Shown here: positions 9,459-19,318 of the stretch, one piece after another
How the letters are laid out: each line of letters starts with the position of its first letter
Numbering within the stretch: position 1 is the first letter of the stretch
Source: Deferribacterales bacterium
GTDB lineage: Bacteria; Chrysiogenota; Deferribacteres; Deferribacterales; Geovibrionaceae
Length of the DNA: 64,000 bases
Assembly (NCBI GenBank): GCA_050251875.1
Contig: JBFWMA010000001.1
Location: 186,456-250,455, forward strand
Direction: 5' to 3'
Made by a program: the position numbers and the translations under genes
The notes under the pieces: generated by a model
What the model was told of the DNA's origin: nothing
What the model saw: only the letters and a program-made list of their open reading frames with translations
The model's database searches: none

Positions 9459-10280
9459 TCAGTTGAGCAGGGGTCTGTTCAGAGTGATGTCGTCTCTCTG
9501 AGCGCCTCTGAAATATTTCTGTCCGCTCTCGCCGAAGAGAAGCACATAGGCGACCATGTGATCTTCCGGCACGCCAAGCTCCTGTGCTGTCTCAGGAAAC
9601 AGGTCGAAGAGATACATCACGAATCCGCCCCATATCACGCCCACGTTCAGGGTGTATGCCGCCAGCTCGGCGTATGACAGAGCGATGAAAGGATCGGCGG
9701 CGGGTGTCGGCGCTGATTTCGGGCAGGTAGCCAGCATCATGTGGGGAGCGTTTCTGAATATGAAATCCTTGCCAGCTCTGAACAGTTTCGCTCTGGTGGC
9801 GAAAGCCGCCATAGGTCCTGTCAGTCTGCCTTCGGCGTCCGCTTTTTCTATCTTGCTTATGAGCAGTTCTTTGAAAGCATCCATCTGTTTTTCGTCATCC
9901 AGCAGAGTCAGCATAACCTGTCTGGCGTTTTTCCCGGTGGGGGCGTTGGCTGCCGCTTTTATGATTTTATCGATTTTGTCTTTTGCCACGTTGCCTTTTT
10001 TGAACTTTCTCACGGTTCTTCTGTTGCGTGCCAGAGCATCGAACTGCTCATAGCTCGCCTTCATGGAATCCGGAACGCTGTTCTCCGGCTGAAACCCCAG
10101 AATGGACACAGCCGCAGTGGGGCATACCGTCATGCAGTGCTGGCATTTATAACATTTTGATTCGTTCTCTTCTCTGATGACGGGCAGTTTGCCGTCCATT
10201 TCGATTATCATCGCGGGGCAGTCGTTTACGCAGGCTCCGCAGGATGTGCATTTCTGCTGGTCTACTTTAAAATCGATCAT
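9459..10280 (-). CDS. Nitroreductase family protein with N-terminal 2x[4Fe-4S] ferredoxin domain
   Basis: CTSCGACVNDCP and CYKCQHCMTVCP; RRTVRKF, APTGKN. Confidence 0.92.
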   Translation of the reverse strand: MIDFKVDQQKCTSCGACVNDCPAMIIEMDGKLPVIREENESKCYKCQHCMTVCPTAAVSILGFQPENSVPDSMKASYEQFDALARNRRTVRKFKKGNVAKDKIDKIIKAAANAPTGKNARQVMLTLLDDEKQMDAFKELLISKIEKADAEGRLTGPMAAFATRAKLFRAGKDFIFRNAPHMMLATCPKSAPTPAADPFIALSYAELAAYTLNVGVIWGGFVMYLFDLFPETAQELGVPEDHMVAYVLLFGESGQKYFRGAQRDDITLNRPLLN

Positions 10281-10301
10281 GAATAAAACCTCTTCAATAA
10301 A

Positions 10302-10706
10302 TTATTTCAGCCCGAAAGCTGTCTCCACCTCATCGGGAATGAAAGGTCTGCCCTTGTCATTCACCGCTGTTCCCGTTATCCTCGCCTTCATGACGGGTTT
10401 GTCATCTCCGGCACGGTAAATATCCTGAACGAAGACGAATTTCAGACGGGACTCCCTCTCTGTCTTCAGTCCCACCCAGAAGCTGTCGCCGCTCTTAAGA
10501 GATGATTTGTAATCCATCTCCGCTCTGATAACTATAAGATTGACGCCGTTTTTCGCAAGTTCAGAAAAATCCAGTCCGAGGGTTTGAAAATATTCGTGGC
10601 GGGTGTGCTCCAGATAGTTCATATAGACGGCGTTGTTTACTATGCCCTCCAGGTCGCACTCATAATCCCTGACTTTGAAGTCCAGTCTGTAGGTGTATTC
10701 TGTCAT
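10302..10706 (-). CDS. Acyl-CoA thioesterase (4HBT/YbgC family)
   Basis: VRDYECDLEGIVNNAVYMNYLEHTR. Confidence 0.92.
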   Translation of the reverse strand: MTEYTYRLDFKVRDYECDLEGIVNNAVYMNYLEHTRHEYFQTLGLDFSELAKNGVNLIVIRAEMDYKSSLKSGDSFWVGLKTERESRLKFVFVQDIYRAGDDKPVMKARITGTAVNDKGRPFIPDEVETAFGLK

Positions 10707-10816
10707 AGTCGCCTCTCATATACATGGTTGTAGAATAGAAATTTTTTCGTTTGCAAAACATGGGCTCTGTGCTATCTTTTGGTTTAACAGTCTAATATGA
10801 ATTTGCGGACTTAGCT

Positions 10817-13405
10817 ATGAAATTCAGATTTAACAAATGGTTTTTTTTATTTGCTTTCGCGCTTCTGCTTTCCGATTTTACGTTTGTTGTTTACAGCTAT
10901 TATTCTTACAAAAGCACCATGATGAGCGAGATCCGGGATATGGTGAGTTCATCGGAGAGATCCTTTAACGTAGGGATAGGATATGTATCCGACACCATGA
11001 AGCAGGTTGTGACCTATATCGCCTCGGAGCAGGACATTCTCCTTCTGTTCTATGGCGGGATGCAGGCTGTGGAGGCGGAGGGCGGCGGAAAAGGCGGCGC
11101 CAGAGCCGAGAGCTATCGGGAGGAGCTGTACGACCGTGTGGTGGACAGCTGGGCAGAGCTCAAGAGCAGATACGACATCCGCCAGCTTCATTTTTTTGTG
11201 GGCAAGGGAGCCACATCCTTTCTGCGTGTGCATAAGCCCGCCAGGTTCGGCGATGATCTTTCCAACGAGCGTATCACCATTGTGGACGCCAATACCAGTC
11301 TGATCCCCACGGGCGGGTTCGAGATAGGCAGGGCGGACGCCGGAATCAGGGGAGCTATCCCCGTCTTTTTTGACACCGGAAACGGAAAATATGTGCATGT
11401 GGGCGCTCTGGAGGCGGGAACGTCTTTTAACGGGATGATAAAAAACCTCGGAAGCTCCATGTCCATGGACATAGCCGTCTACACATCATTTGAAAAGCTG
11501 AGAAACATCATGTGGCCCTCCCAGATAGAGAGCAGGCTCTCCATGAACAGAGAGGTGGGCGGATATCTCATAGACTCATACACGGACGACAGCCTGCTGG
11601 ATATGGTGGATAAGGATTCCGGAGCGTCATACTTTAAAAAGAGCGCTGTACCGGTGCTGTTTGAAGAGGGCGGACGTCATTTCTTCGCCGGTTCGTTTCC
11701 GTATTATGATTACATCTCTGTAAAAAACGGGCTGAAGACCCCCACCGGGTATGTCGTTATCCGGAAAGACATCACGCCCATGTATAATAAATTCGAATCG
11801 TCAGTGCGCCACACCGCTGTGCTGGGTGTTATCGCCTATCTGATTATCATCGTGGTTTTCATAGTCACATGGGAACTGGCTTCCAGAAAATTTATTGACA
11901 TAATAGACGAGCGCACGGCAGAGCTGAAAGCCTCTAAAGAGGAGGCGGAGGCTCTGAGCAGGGTGAAGAGCGACTTTCTGGCGAACATGAGCCACGAGAT
12001 ACGCACCCCCATGAACTGTATTCTGGGATTCGCTGATATCCTGAGCAAAAGAAATACCGACCCCACCAACAGAAAATATCTGGAAAACATGACGACCAGC
12101 GGAAATACTCTGCTGACTCTTATCAATGATATTCTCGATCTGTCCAAAATAGAATCGGGTAAATTCTCCGTGAACGAACAGGCGTGCGATGCCGCCAGAA
12201 TAGTCCGTGATATCGAAAAGACATTCTCTTATCCGGCGGAATCAAAGGGGCTCGATCTGACCGTGGTGATAGACCCTTCTGTGCCCAGAAGCCTGATTAT
12301 GGACGATATAAGATTCCGGCAGATACTGCTGAATATCACGGGAAACGCCGTGAAATACACAGACAAAGGTTTTGTGAAGATGCATCTCTGGGCTGAGCCG
12401 ATGGACGACAGCACCAGCCGCACGGAGCTGGTTTTCTCTGTCAGCGATTCCGGCATAGGCATATCTGATGAGATGCAGGAGAAGATTTTTGACGCATTCG
12501 AACAGCAGCAGAGACCGGACATGGCAAAATACGGCGGAACAGGGCTGGGGCTTGCCATCACCAAAAAACTGGTGCGGCTGATGAACGGAAAAATAAACGT
12601 ATACAGCAGACAGGGCGAGGGAACGGTTATGACTGTGAGGTTCAAAGACGTTCCCATAGCCGCCACGCTGGCTCCCGGATACGGCGGAGTCAGGCTTAGC
12701 TACAGCTTTGCCCCGGCGAAGGTGCTGATAATAGACGATATCCCTCTGAACAGAGAGCTTCTGGGGGAATATCTGGACGGATTCGGTTTCGATATCCGAT
12801 ATGCCGGAGACGGATCGGAAGGGATGGAGATCATGCGTGACTTCATTCCGGACATTCTGCTGGTGGACATGCGGATGCCTGTTATGACAGGGTTCGAGCT
12901 GGTGAACACTATGAGAGGGGACGGCAGGCTGAAGAATATTCCCGTCATCGCAATAACCGCCTCGTCCATCCACGACACGGTGGAGGAGATAAAAAGGGTG
13001 TGCGACAGCTATCTGCATAAACCTGTCAGCCGGGATCAGCTCTTAAGCGAGATGGCGAAATATCTGCACCCGGAGGTGACGGAACACGCCGGAGCATCCG
13101 GCACGAAAGAGTGTGTGGATATGTCTTTCTTCGAAAATGTCACAGACAGAGAGGGGCTCATAGAGCAGTTGGAGTCGGAGCTTATGCCTGTGTGGAGAGA
13201 GCTTAAGGATATTCTGCCCTTCGAAGAGGTGGTCTCTTTCTCCGCCGATGTCAAGCAGGCGGGGATCAGACACGAATGTGAGGGAATGGTTATCTGGGCG
13301 GATAAAGTGTCCGGTCATATATCCATGTTCGAGATGGACAGTCTGGCGAAGGTTTTCGCCAAGTTTAACACAATATATGAAATTCTGAAAAAAGGTGCGC
13401 AATGA
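10817..13405 (+). CDS. Hybrid sensor histidine kinase (Cache-type periplasmic domain, HisKA, HATPase, REC)
   Basis: Two TMs flanking FLRVHKP...GFEIGR sensor; FLANMSHEIRTP; NAVKYT, DSGIG, GTGLGL; REC VDMRMPVMTG. Confidence 0.93.
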   Translation: MKFRFNKWFFLFAFALLLSDFTFVVYSYYSYKSTMMSEIRDMVSSSERSFNVGIGYVSDTMKQVVTYIASEQDILLLFYGGMQAVEAEGGGKGGARAESYREELYDRVVDSWAELKSRYDIRQLHFFVGKGATSFLRVHKPARFGDDLSNERITIVDANTSLIPTGGFEIGRADAGIRGAIPVFFDTGNGKYVHVGALEAGTSFNGMIKNLGSSMSMDIAVYTSFEKLRNIMWPSQIESRLSMNREVGGYLIDSYTDDSLLDMVDKDSGASYFKKSAVPVLFEEGGRHFFAGSFPYYDYISVKNGLKTPTGYVVIRKDITPMYNKFESSVRHTAVLGVIAYLIIIVVFIVTWELASRKFIDIIDERTAELKASKEEAEALSRVKSDFLANMSHEIRTPMNCILGFADILSKRNTDPTNRKYLENMTTSGNTLLTLINDILDLSKIESGKFSVNEQACDAARIVRDIEKTFSYPAESKGLDLTVVIDPSVPRSLIMDDIRFRQILLNITGNAVKYTDKGFVKMHLWAEPMDDSTSRTELVFSVSDSGIGISDEMQEKIFDAFEQQQRPDMAKYGGTGLGLAITKKLVRLMNGKINVYSRQGEGTVMTVRFKDVPIAATLAPGYGGVRLSYSFAPAKVLIIDDIPLNRELLGEYLDGFGFDIRYAGDGSEGMEIMRDFIPDILLVDMRMPVMTGFELVNTMRGDGRLKNIPVIAITASSIHDTVEEIKRVCDSYLHKPVSRDQLLSEMAKYLHPEVTEHAGASGTKECVDMSFFENVTDREGLIEQLESELMPVWRELKDILPFEEVVSFSADVKQAGIRHECEGMVIWADKVSGHISMFEMDSLAKVFAKFNTIYEILKKGAQ

Positions 13406-14496
13406 GCGGCGGATACAAGCCGAAGATACTCATAGTGGATGACGAACAGAAGAATATTCAGGTGCTGGGGACGGTGCTGATAGGCGCAGGATATAACGTG
13501 ATAACGGCGTCTGACGGTTATAAGGCTCTGGAAAAGCTGAAATCCGTTAAGCCTGATCTCATAATGCTGGATATCATGATGCCCGTCATGGACGGCATGG
13601 ACACATGCGTGAAGATAAAGTCGGACCCTGAGCTCAGCGATATCCCCGTGATATTTCTGACTGCCAGAATAGATAAAGACGACATAATCGAGGGGCTGAG
13701 AGCCGGAGCGGTGGACTACATCACAAAGCCTTTTAATCAGGAGGAGCTTCTCTGCCGTGTCGCCACCCATGTGGATCTGGTGCTCAGCAAGAGGATGCTG
13801 GCGGAGAGGGTCAGAGAGACCAGCGAGCTGATACACGTTATCTGTCACGATCTGGTGAACCCCATAGGCAGTATCAAGAATCTGCTTTCTCTGGTTGACG
13901 AAGACGAACCCATAGATGATTTGAAACCCATGATGGAGAGCGCCGTGGACAGATGTCTGAACATAGTGGAGCTGGTGCGCCAGATGAAGGCTGTGGAGAA
14001 CGGCAAGCTGAAGATAAAGATAGCCCCGGTGAGGCTGGGCGATGCTGTGGCAGGTTCGCTGGAAGTTCTCTCTTCCATGCTGAAGGAGAAGGATATCCGG
14101 GCTGTGGTTGACATAGACCCGTCTCTGACTGTTATGGCGGAACAGGTGTCGCTGATGAATTCCGTCATCAGCAATATAGTCACCAACGCTCTGAAATTTT
14201 CCGACAGAGGATCGGATATAAAAATTTCCGCTGAGGAGAAAGACGGAAAAGTGACGCTGACGATAAAAGACAGCGGGATAGGTATCCCCGCTAATCTGAT
14301 AGACATGGTTTTCGACCCTACCAAAACCACCACCAGAAAAGGCACACACGGCGAATCCGGCACAGGGTTCGGGATGCCTCTGGTAAAAAAATTCGTAAAC
14401 GTGTACGGCGGCAGAATTTGGCTGACGAGCCGGGAGCGCTCCGCCGGAGGACAGGAGTGGGGAACGTCTGTCCATGTGGAGTTTGACAGGGCTTAG
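13402..14496 (+). CDS. REC-HisKA-HATPase hybrid response regulator/kinase
   Basis: IVDD, LDIMMPVMDG, CHDLVNP, NALKFS, DSGIG, GTGFG; ATGA overlap with the upstream kinase. Confidence 0.92.
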   Translation: MSGGYKPKILIVDDEQKNIQVLGTVLIGAGYNVITASDGYKALEKLKSVKPDLIMLDIMMPVMDGMDTCVKIKSDPELSDIPVIFLTARIDKDDIIEGLRAGAVDYITKPFNQEELLCRVATHVDLVLSKRMLAERVRETSELIHVICHDLVNPIGSIKNLLSLVDEDEPIDDLKPMMESAVDRCLNIVELVRQMKAVENGKLKIKIAPVRLGDAVAGSLEVLSSMLKEKDIRAVVDIDPSLTVMAEQVSLMNSVISNIVTNALKFSDRGSDIKISAEEKDGKVTLTIKDSGIGIPANLIDMVFDPTKTTTRKGTHGESGTGFGMPLVKKFVNVYGGRIWLTSRERSAGGQEWGTSVHVEFDRA

Positions 14497-15347
14497 ATCA
14501 TCATCATCTGCATGCTCAGCTCTTCTTTTAAAAAACGCACCAGAGTGTCCGCCGACTGTGACTGGAAACCGTCCGCTGTGACTATGGAAAGCGTGTTGTC
14601 CGGTAGCTCCGGAAGTTCTTCTATCACTCTGAAAGTATCTTTTTCATCCATAAATTTTGTCATGCCCATGGGGGCTACAGCTATGCCCGCCCTGACAGCC
14701 GCCATCAGCCCGAACACGCTGGTTGTCACGAATGATATGCGGTAGTCTATGCCCGATCTTTCCAGAGCGGCGCAGGACCATCTGCGGACATGGCACCCTT
14801 CCGGATATACAGCCAGAGGCAGGGGGCGCACCTCGTGCGAACCGCTGTCCGCCGAGCGTATCCACTTTACCGGTTCGCTGAATATCTTTTCATATTCGTC
14901 CGTCATGTCGGCGCACAGGGCTATGTCCAGATCGCCGGATTCCACCATTCTTATCAGGTTTTCTCTGCGGTTGGTGGTGAAGTCTATTCTGGAGTTTGGG
15001 TATTTTGTATAGAAGCTCTTAAGCGCCTTGGGAAACACAGCGGAGGCGTACAGCTCCGGCGATCCTATGCGGATATGGTCGTGGACTGACGGGTTGGAGA
15101 GGACGGTGAGAGCGTCATCGTGGGCTCTGATGATCCTCACTGCGTGTTCCAGCAGTTTTTCGCCCAGAGGACTGATTATGAAACCTCTGCCCTGCTTCAC
15201 AAACAGGCGTCCTGTCTGTTCCTCCAGCCTCTTCATCTGCATGCTTACGGCGGACTGGGTGATGTTCAGCGCCGCCGCCGCTTTGGTGAAGCTGTTCAGG
15301 CGGGATATGGTTACAAAAGTCTTTAAAAGATCAATAGACAGTTCCAT
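14493..15347 (-). CDS. LysR-family transcriptional regulator
   Basis: SFTKAAAALNITQSAVSMQMKRLEE HTH; divergent from the CMD gene. Confidence 0.95.
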   Translation of the reverse strand: MELSIDLLKTFVTISRLNSFTKAAAALNITQSAVSMQMKRLEEQTGRLFVKQGRGFIISPLGEKLLEHAVRIIRAHDDALTVLSNPSVHDHIRIGSPELYASAVFPKALKSFYTKYPNSRIDFTTNRRENLIRMVESGDLDIALCADMTDEYEKIFSEPVKWIRSADSGSHEVRPLPLAVYPEGCHVRRWSCAALERSGIDYRISFVTTSVFGLMAAVRAGIAVAPMGMTKFMDEKDTFRVIEELPELPDNTLSIVTADGFQSQSADTLVRFLKEELSMQMMMI

Positions 15348-15445
15348 TCATCAATATCCTTTATCGATTATATCAAATTAATTCGTTAGACTGATGGGTT
15401 TATAATAGGCTATAACCTGTAAAAGTCAACAACGGAGGTGACGAT

Positions 15446-15787
15446 ATGGGCGAACTGATGGAAAAAAGAGAGAATAACTACAAGCTGGTCCTGGAGCTTC
15501 TGGATCAGAAGGAAGGGATGAAGGACGCTATGCTGGGGCTCATGAGCACAGCCTACACTGACGGCGCACTGCCTGAGTATGTGAAAAGGCTGATGGCGCT
15601 CACCGGCGCTCTGGTTCACGGGTGCGAGGGATGTATATTGTCTCAGGCGCTCAGGGCGCTGGACAAGGGAGCCACTGCCGAGCAGGTTATGGAGGCGTGT
15701 TATGTCGCCGTATCGCTGGGCGGAACCATGGCTGTGGCGGAGAGCACCAAGGTGTTCAGACTGCTGAAGGAAAAGGGCTTAGTATAA
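15446..15787 (+). CDS. Carboxymuconolactone decarboxylase / AhpD-like protein
   Basis: GALPEYVKRLMAL...GCEGCI (CxxC), GAT-EQVME. Confidence 0.88.
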   Translation: MGELMEKRENNYKLVLELLDQKEGMKDAMLGLMSTAYTDGALPEYVKRLMALTGALVHGCEGCILSQALRALDKGATAEQVMEACYVAVSLGGTMAVAESTKVFRLLKEKGLV

Positions 15788-15794
15788 AAATAAT

Positions 15795-15820
15795 AAGGCG
15801 GGCAAAAGCCCGCCTTTTTT
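15795..15820 (+). terminator. Intrinsic terminator (likely bidirectional)
   Basis: AAGGCGGGC-AAAA-GCCCGCCTT + TTTT between convergent CMD and sulP genes. Confidence 0.88.
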
Positions 15821-15827
15821 ATTTAGA

Positions 15828-17477
15828 TCAGCTGAGATATTTTTCAGCTCTTTTCAGGGCGCAGTCAATGTGGGGGCAGATATTCTCCCTGCCCACTTTG
15901 TCGGCGAATCCTGATTTTTCGAGCGTGGGCATAAGCGACTGGGAAACTCCGGAGAGTATCAGCCTGATCCCCTCTTTGCGGGTTTTCATCAGAACCTCTT
16001 CCAGAGCCACCATGGCGGTGGCGTCAATGAACGGCACCGTGCGCATGCGCAGAATGATTATCTTGGGCGGCTGTTTCACTATCTTTATAGTGTCTTTGAA
16101 CTGGTTTGCGGCGCCGAAAAAGAAAGATCCGAATATCTCGAAAATCTCGACTCCCGCCGGAATCCTGTCTTTAGAAAGCACGTCCTGCTGTTCGAATTCC
16201 TCGTTGATCTCGGACGTGATGCTCTTGATGCTGGTGACGTTCGCCATGCGGTTCATGAACAGCAGAGCGGAGAGCACAACGCCTGTCTCTATCGCCACTG
16301 TCAGGTCTATGAAAACAGTCAGCAGAAATGTGGTGAGCATCACCATTATGTCCGCTTTCGGCGATTTGAACAGTTTCAGAAAATGTTTCCACTCGCTCAT
16401 GTGATAAGCCACGATGACGAGCACCGCCGCCAGAGACGGCATGGGTATCAGCTTTGCCCATCTGCCGAAGAAGAGCAGAATCAGAAGCAGTGTAACGGCA
16501 TGTACTATGCCGGATATGGGTGATGTTCCCCCGTTTTTAATGTTGGTGGCTGTTCTGGCTATGGCTCCCGTGGCGGGTATCCCGCCGAATATGGGGGAGA
16601 AGATGTTCGCCACGCCCTGACCTATCAGCTCCATGTTCGATCTGTGGCGTGTGGACGTCATGCCGTCCGCCACCACGGCGGACAGAAGAGATTCTATCGC
16701 CGCCAGCAGGGCTATGGTGAGCGCCGCCGGAAATACCTGTGTGATTAGTGTCAGGTCAGGTATGGAAGGCACGGGCAGGGAAGACGGAACGTCTCCGAAC
16801 TGTGTCTCTATGGTGGGCACAGGCAGGCTGAAAACAGCCGTCAGGACTGTGGTGACTATGATAGCTATGATAGAGCCGGGTATCTTTTTGGTGAACCGGG
16901 GCATTATCAGGATGATAGCCAGCGACAGCGCCGCTATGCCGATGGAATAGATGTTGTATGTGGACGCTGAAGAGATATAGGCGCTTAATCGGTCTATAAA
17001 TCCCGCTGATGCCGGATGGGCGTCCAGACCGAAGAGATCCTTGATCTGTGTTGTGCCGATGATGAGGGCGATACCGGATGTGAACCCGATCGTCATGGGA
17101 TACGGGATGAATCTGATGACCCCTCCCAGCTTGACAGCTCCCATCAGAACCAGTATCACGCCCGCCATGAGCGTTGCGGTGGCCAGTCCCTCGTATCCGT
17201 ATTTCGCCACCACTTCATAAACGACAACTATGAAGGCCCCCGTGGGACCGCCTATCTGGAATTTGCTCCCGGATAGAACGCTGATGAGAAATCCGGCTAC
17301 TATTGCCGTATAGAGCCCCTGTTCGGGCTTCACTCCTGACGCTATGGCAAAGGCGATGGCAAGCGGCAGAGCCACTATGCCCACTATCACTCCCGACATG
17401 GCGTCCTTTGTTAAATTTTTTGCGGTATATCCTTCTTTAAAAGTAGAATATAACTGCGGGATTAAACGAGAATTCAT
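15828..17477 (-). CDS. SulP/SLC26 anion transporter with STAS domain
   Basis: GIVALPLAIAFA, QIGGPTGAF, TGAIARTATN, STAS (FFGAA, DATA). Start placed at ATG 17477 behind GGAGG rather than 17510. Confidence 0.93.
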   Translation of the reverse strand: MNSRLIPQLYSTFKEGYTAKNLTKDAMSGVIVGIVALPLAIAFAIASGVKPEQGLYTAIVAGFLISVLSGSKFQIGGPTGAFIVVVYEVVAKYGYEGLATATLMAGVILVLMGAVKLGGVIRFIPYPMTIGFTSGIALIIGTTQIKDLFGLDAHPASAGFIDRLSAYISSASTYNIYSIGIAALSLAIILIMPRFTKKIPGSIIAIIVTTVLTAVFSLPVPTIETQFGDVPSSLPVPSIPDLTLITQVFPAALTIALLAAIESLLSAVVADGMTSTRHRSNMELIGQGVANIFSPIFGGIPATGAIARTATNIKNGGTSPISGIVHAVTLLLILLFFGRWAKLIPMPSLAAVLVIVAYHMSEWKHFLKLFKSPKADIMVMLTTFLLTVFIDLTVAIETGVVLSALLFMNRMANVTSIKSITSEINEEFEQQDVLSKDRIPAGVEIFEIFGSFFFGAANQFKDTIKIVKQPPKIIILRMRTVPFIDATAMVALEEVLMKTRKEGIRLILSGVSQSLMPTLEKSGFADKVGRENICPHIDCALKRAEKYLS

Positions 17478-17785
17478 CAGATATTTCCTCCGTACTTCTG
17501 ACAACTTCATCGTTTAGGTAGAAATCGTGGGGCTATGGCTTTATACCATATGTTAAAAAAGGCTAAAGTCAGCTTGCCTCAGAGATAGGTACCAAAACGG
17601 TAAACTTTATCTGTAATGCTTTATTGACGTGGGTAAATTAGATAAAAAAGAACAAGAAAGCAAGTAAAAAATTTGAAAGATAAAATTTAACTTAAAATAG
17701 AATGGATGTTTTAAAAGTAATTAATACTGTTCAAATAAATTCAAGCGGGTATAATATCGTCAAAACATTCATTCCGAGGGGTTTC

Positions 17786-18772
17786 ATGGAAAGAATATCT
17801 ATGGCTGTGGGCGGAGGCGGAGCATCCACGCAGTCCTTTATTTCTGATGTGATATTTTCCGAGCTGGGGGGCTCGCTTCTGAAAAAAGCGGCGGACGCCG
17901 CAATAGTGGAGACAGGTTCTCTGTCCGCTTTCACCACCGACAGTTTCGTGGTTCGTCCCGAGTTTTTTCCCGGGGGCGACATAGGCAAGATAGCCGTCTG
18001 CGGCACTGTCAACGATCTTCTGGTATCGGGCGCTGTTCCGCTCTATCTCTCATTTGGTCTGGTTATTCCGGACGGATATCTGATGGATGACCTGAAAAGA
18101 GTGATAAAGAGTATGGCGCTGACCTGTGAGAAGGCAGGGGTGAAGATAGTGTGCGGCGACACAAAGGTTGTGGAGCACGGCGCTCTGGACGGACTGATAA
18201 TAAACACCAGTGGCATCGGACGTGCCGAAAAGAACTATACCGAATACGACAGCATACAAACAGGAGACAGGGTGATAGTGACATCCGACACCGCCAGACA
18301 CGGCATGAGCGTGATGCTCGCCCGTGGCGGGCTGGGGTTCGATGGCGAGATAATATCCGACTGCGCCCCGCTGAACGACATATTTGACGCTGTGCGCCCC
18401 TATGACGTTTCTTTCGCCAGAGACGCCACCAGAGGCGGGATAGCCGCCGTTCTGAACGAGATCTGCGCCATGAGCGGACACGGCTTTCTGATGGAGGAGG
18501 AGAACATTCCCCTTGAAGACAGCGTGCGCTACATGTGCGATATGCTTGGGTTCGACCCATTGGCGGTTGCCAACGAGGGTTTAGCTGTTATAATTGTTAG
18601 AGAAAAAGACGCCGAAAAGGCTCTGGAAATGATAAAAAAGACCGAAAACGGCAGAAACGCTCAGATAGCGGGAGTCGTGACAGATGAAAAGAAGGTTCTG
18701 CTTAGGACTGCCATCGGGGGCAAAAGGTTTATCGAGATGCCTCAGGGCGAGCTTCTTCCCCGTATTTGTTAG
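17786..18772 (+). CDS. hypE: Hydrogenase maturation carbamoyl dehydratase HypE
   Basis: TTDSFVV, CGTVND, GDTKVV, RDATRGG, C-terminal LPRIC; start at ATG 17786 after GAGGGG. Confidence 0.95.
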   Translation: MERISMAVGGGGASTQSFISDVIFSELGGSLLKKAADAAIVETGSLSAFTTDSFVVRPEFFPGGDIGKIAVCGTVNDLLVSGAVPLYLSFGLVIPDGYLMDDLKRVIKSMALTCEKAGVKIVCGDTKVVEHGALDGLIINTSGIGRAEKNYTEYDSIQTGDRVIVTSDTARHGMSVMLARGGLGFDGEIISDCAPLNDIFDAVRPYDVSFARDATRGGIAAVLNEICAMSGHGFLMEEENIPLEDSVRYMCDMLGFDPLAVANEGLAVIIVREKDAEKALEMIKKTENGRNAQIAGVVTDEKKVLLRTAIGGKRFIEMPQGELLPRIC

Positions 18773-18995
18773 TGTTTTTTTATCCGCCTGTTCCTCTTCC
18801 CATGAGAGGATCGACATCATAGAGGTGAAGTGCGGCAGATGCCACGCTCCGGATATTGTCTATGAAAAAAAGCGGAGCAGATATGAATGGGACATCCTCC
18901 TGAACGGAATGAAGGTCAGGGGGCTTGAGATGACAGGTGATGAAGAGCGTCAGGTAAAAGACGCTCTGTATAATAAACTCGGGAACGGTAAATGA
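18684..18995 (+). CDS. Small monoheme c-type cytochrome, probable lipoprotein
   Basis: Lipobox LSAC, CGRCH heme motif, distal W...M; start uncertain, overlaps hypE. Confidence 0.7.
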   Translation: MKRRFCLGLPSGAKGLSRCLRASFFPVFVSVFLSACSSSHERIDIIEVKCGRCHAPDIVYEKKRSRYEWDILLNGMKVRGLEMTGDEERQVKDALYNKLGNGK

Positions 18996-19315
18996 TAACT
19001 ATCGACTGGAAAAAAATGAACGGGCTCATCCCCGCCGTGGTTCAGGATGTGGAGACGAAAGAGGTGCTGATGCTGGCTTATGTCAACGAAGAGGCGCTGA
19101 AACTGACATTTCAGACGGGATTCGCTCATTATTATTCCAGAAGCCGTGACGAGCTGTGGAAAAAAGGCGGCACGTCCGGTCATGTGCAGAAGATATCCGA
19201 GGTCAGACTGGACTGTGACGGCGACACCCTGCTCTATATCGTGGATCAGACAGGTCCTGCCTGTCACACAGGGGAGAAGAGCTGTTTTTTCACTAAGATA
19301 GAGAGCATGGGGTAG
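18992..19315 (+). CDS. hisI: Phosphoribosyl-AMP cyclohydrolase
   Basis: [28 protein letters not shown]. Confidence 0.96.
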   Translation: MITIDWKKMNGLIPAVVQDVETKEVLMLAYVNEEALKLTFQTGFAHYYSRSRDELWKKGGTSGHVQKISEVRLDCDGDTLLYIVDQTGPACHTGEKSCFFTKIESMG

Positions 19316-19318
19316 GAT

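Noticed and set aside
13315..14475. 386-aa minus-strand ORF and similar long antisense ORFs (12242-13018, 15622-16404, 34651-35526, 57909-58595)
   Set aside because: They fully overlap well-supported genes on the opposite strand and show no motifs; codon-bias shadows
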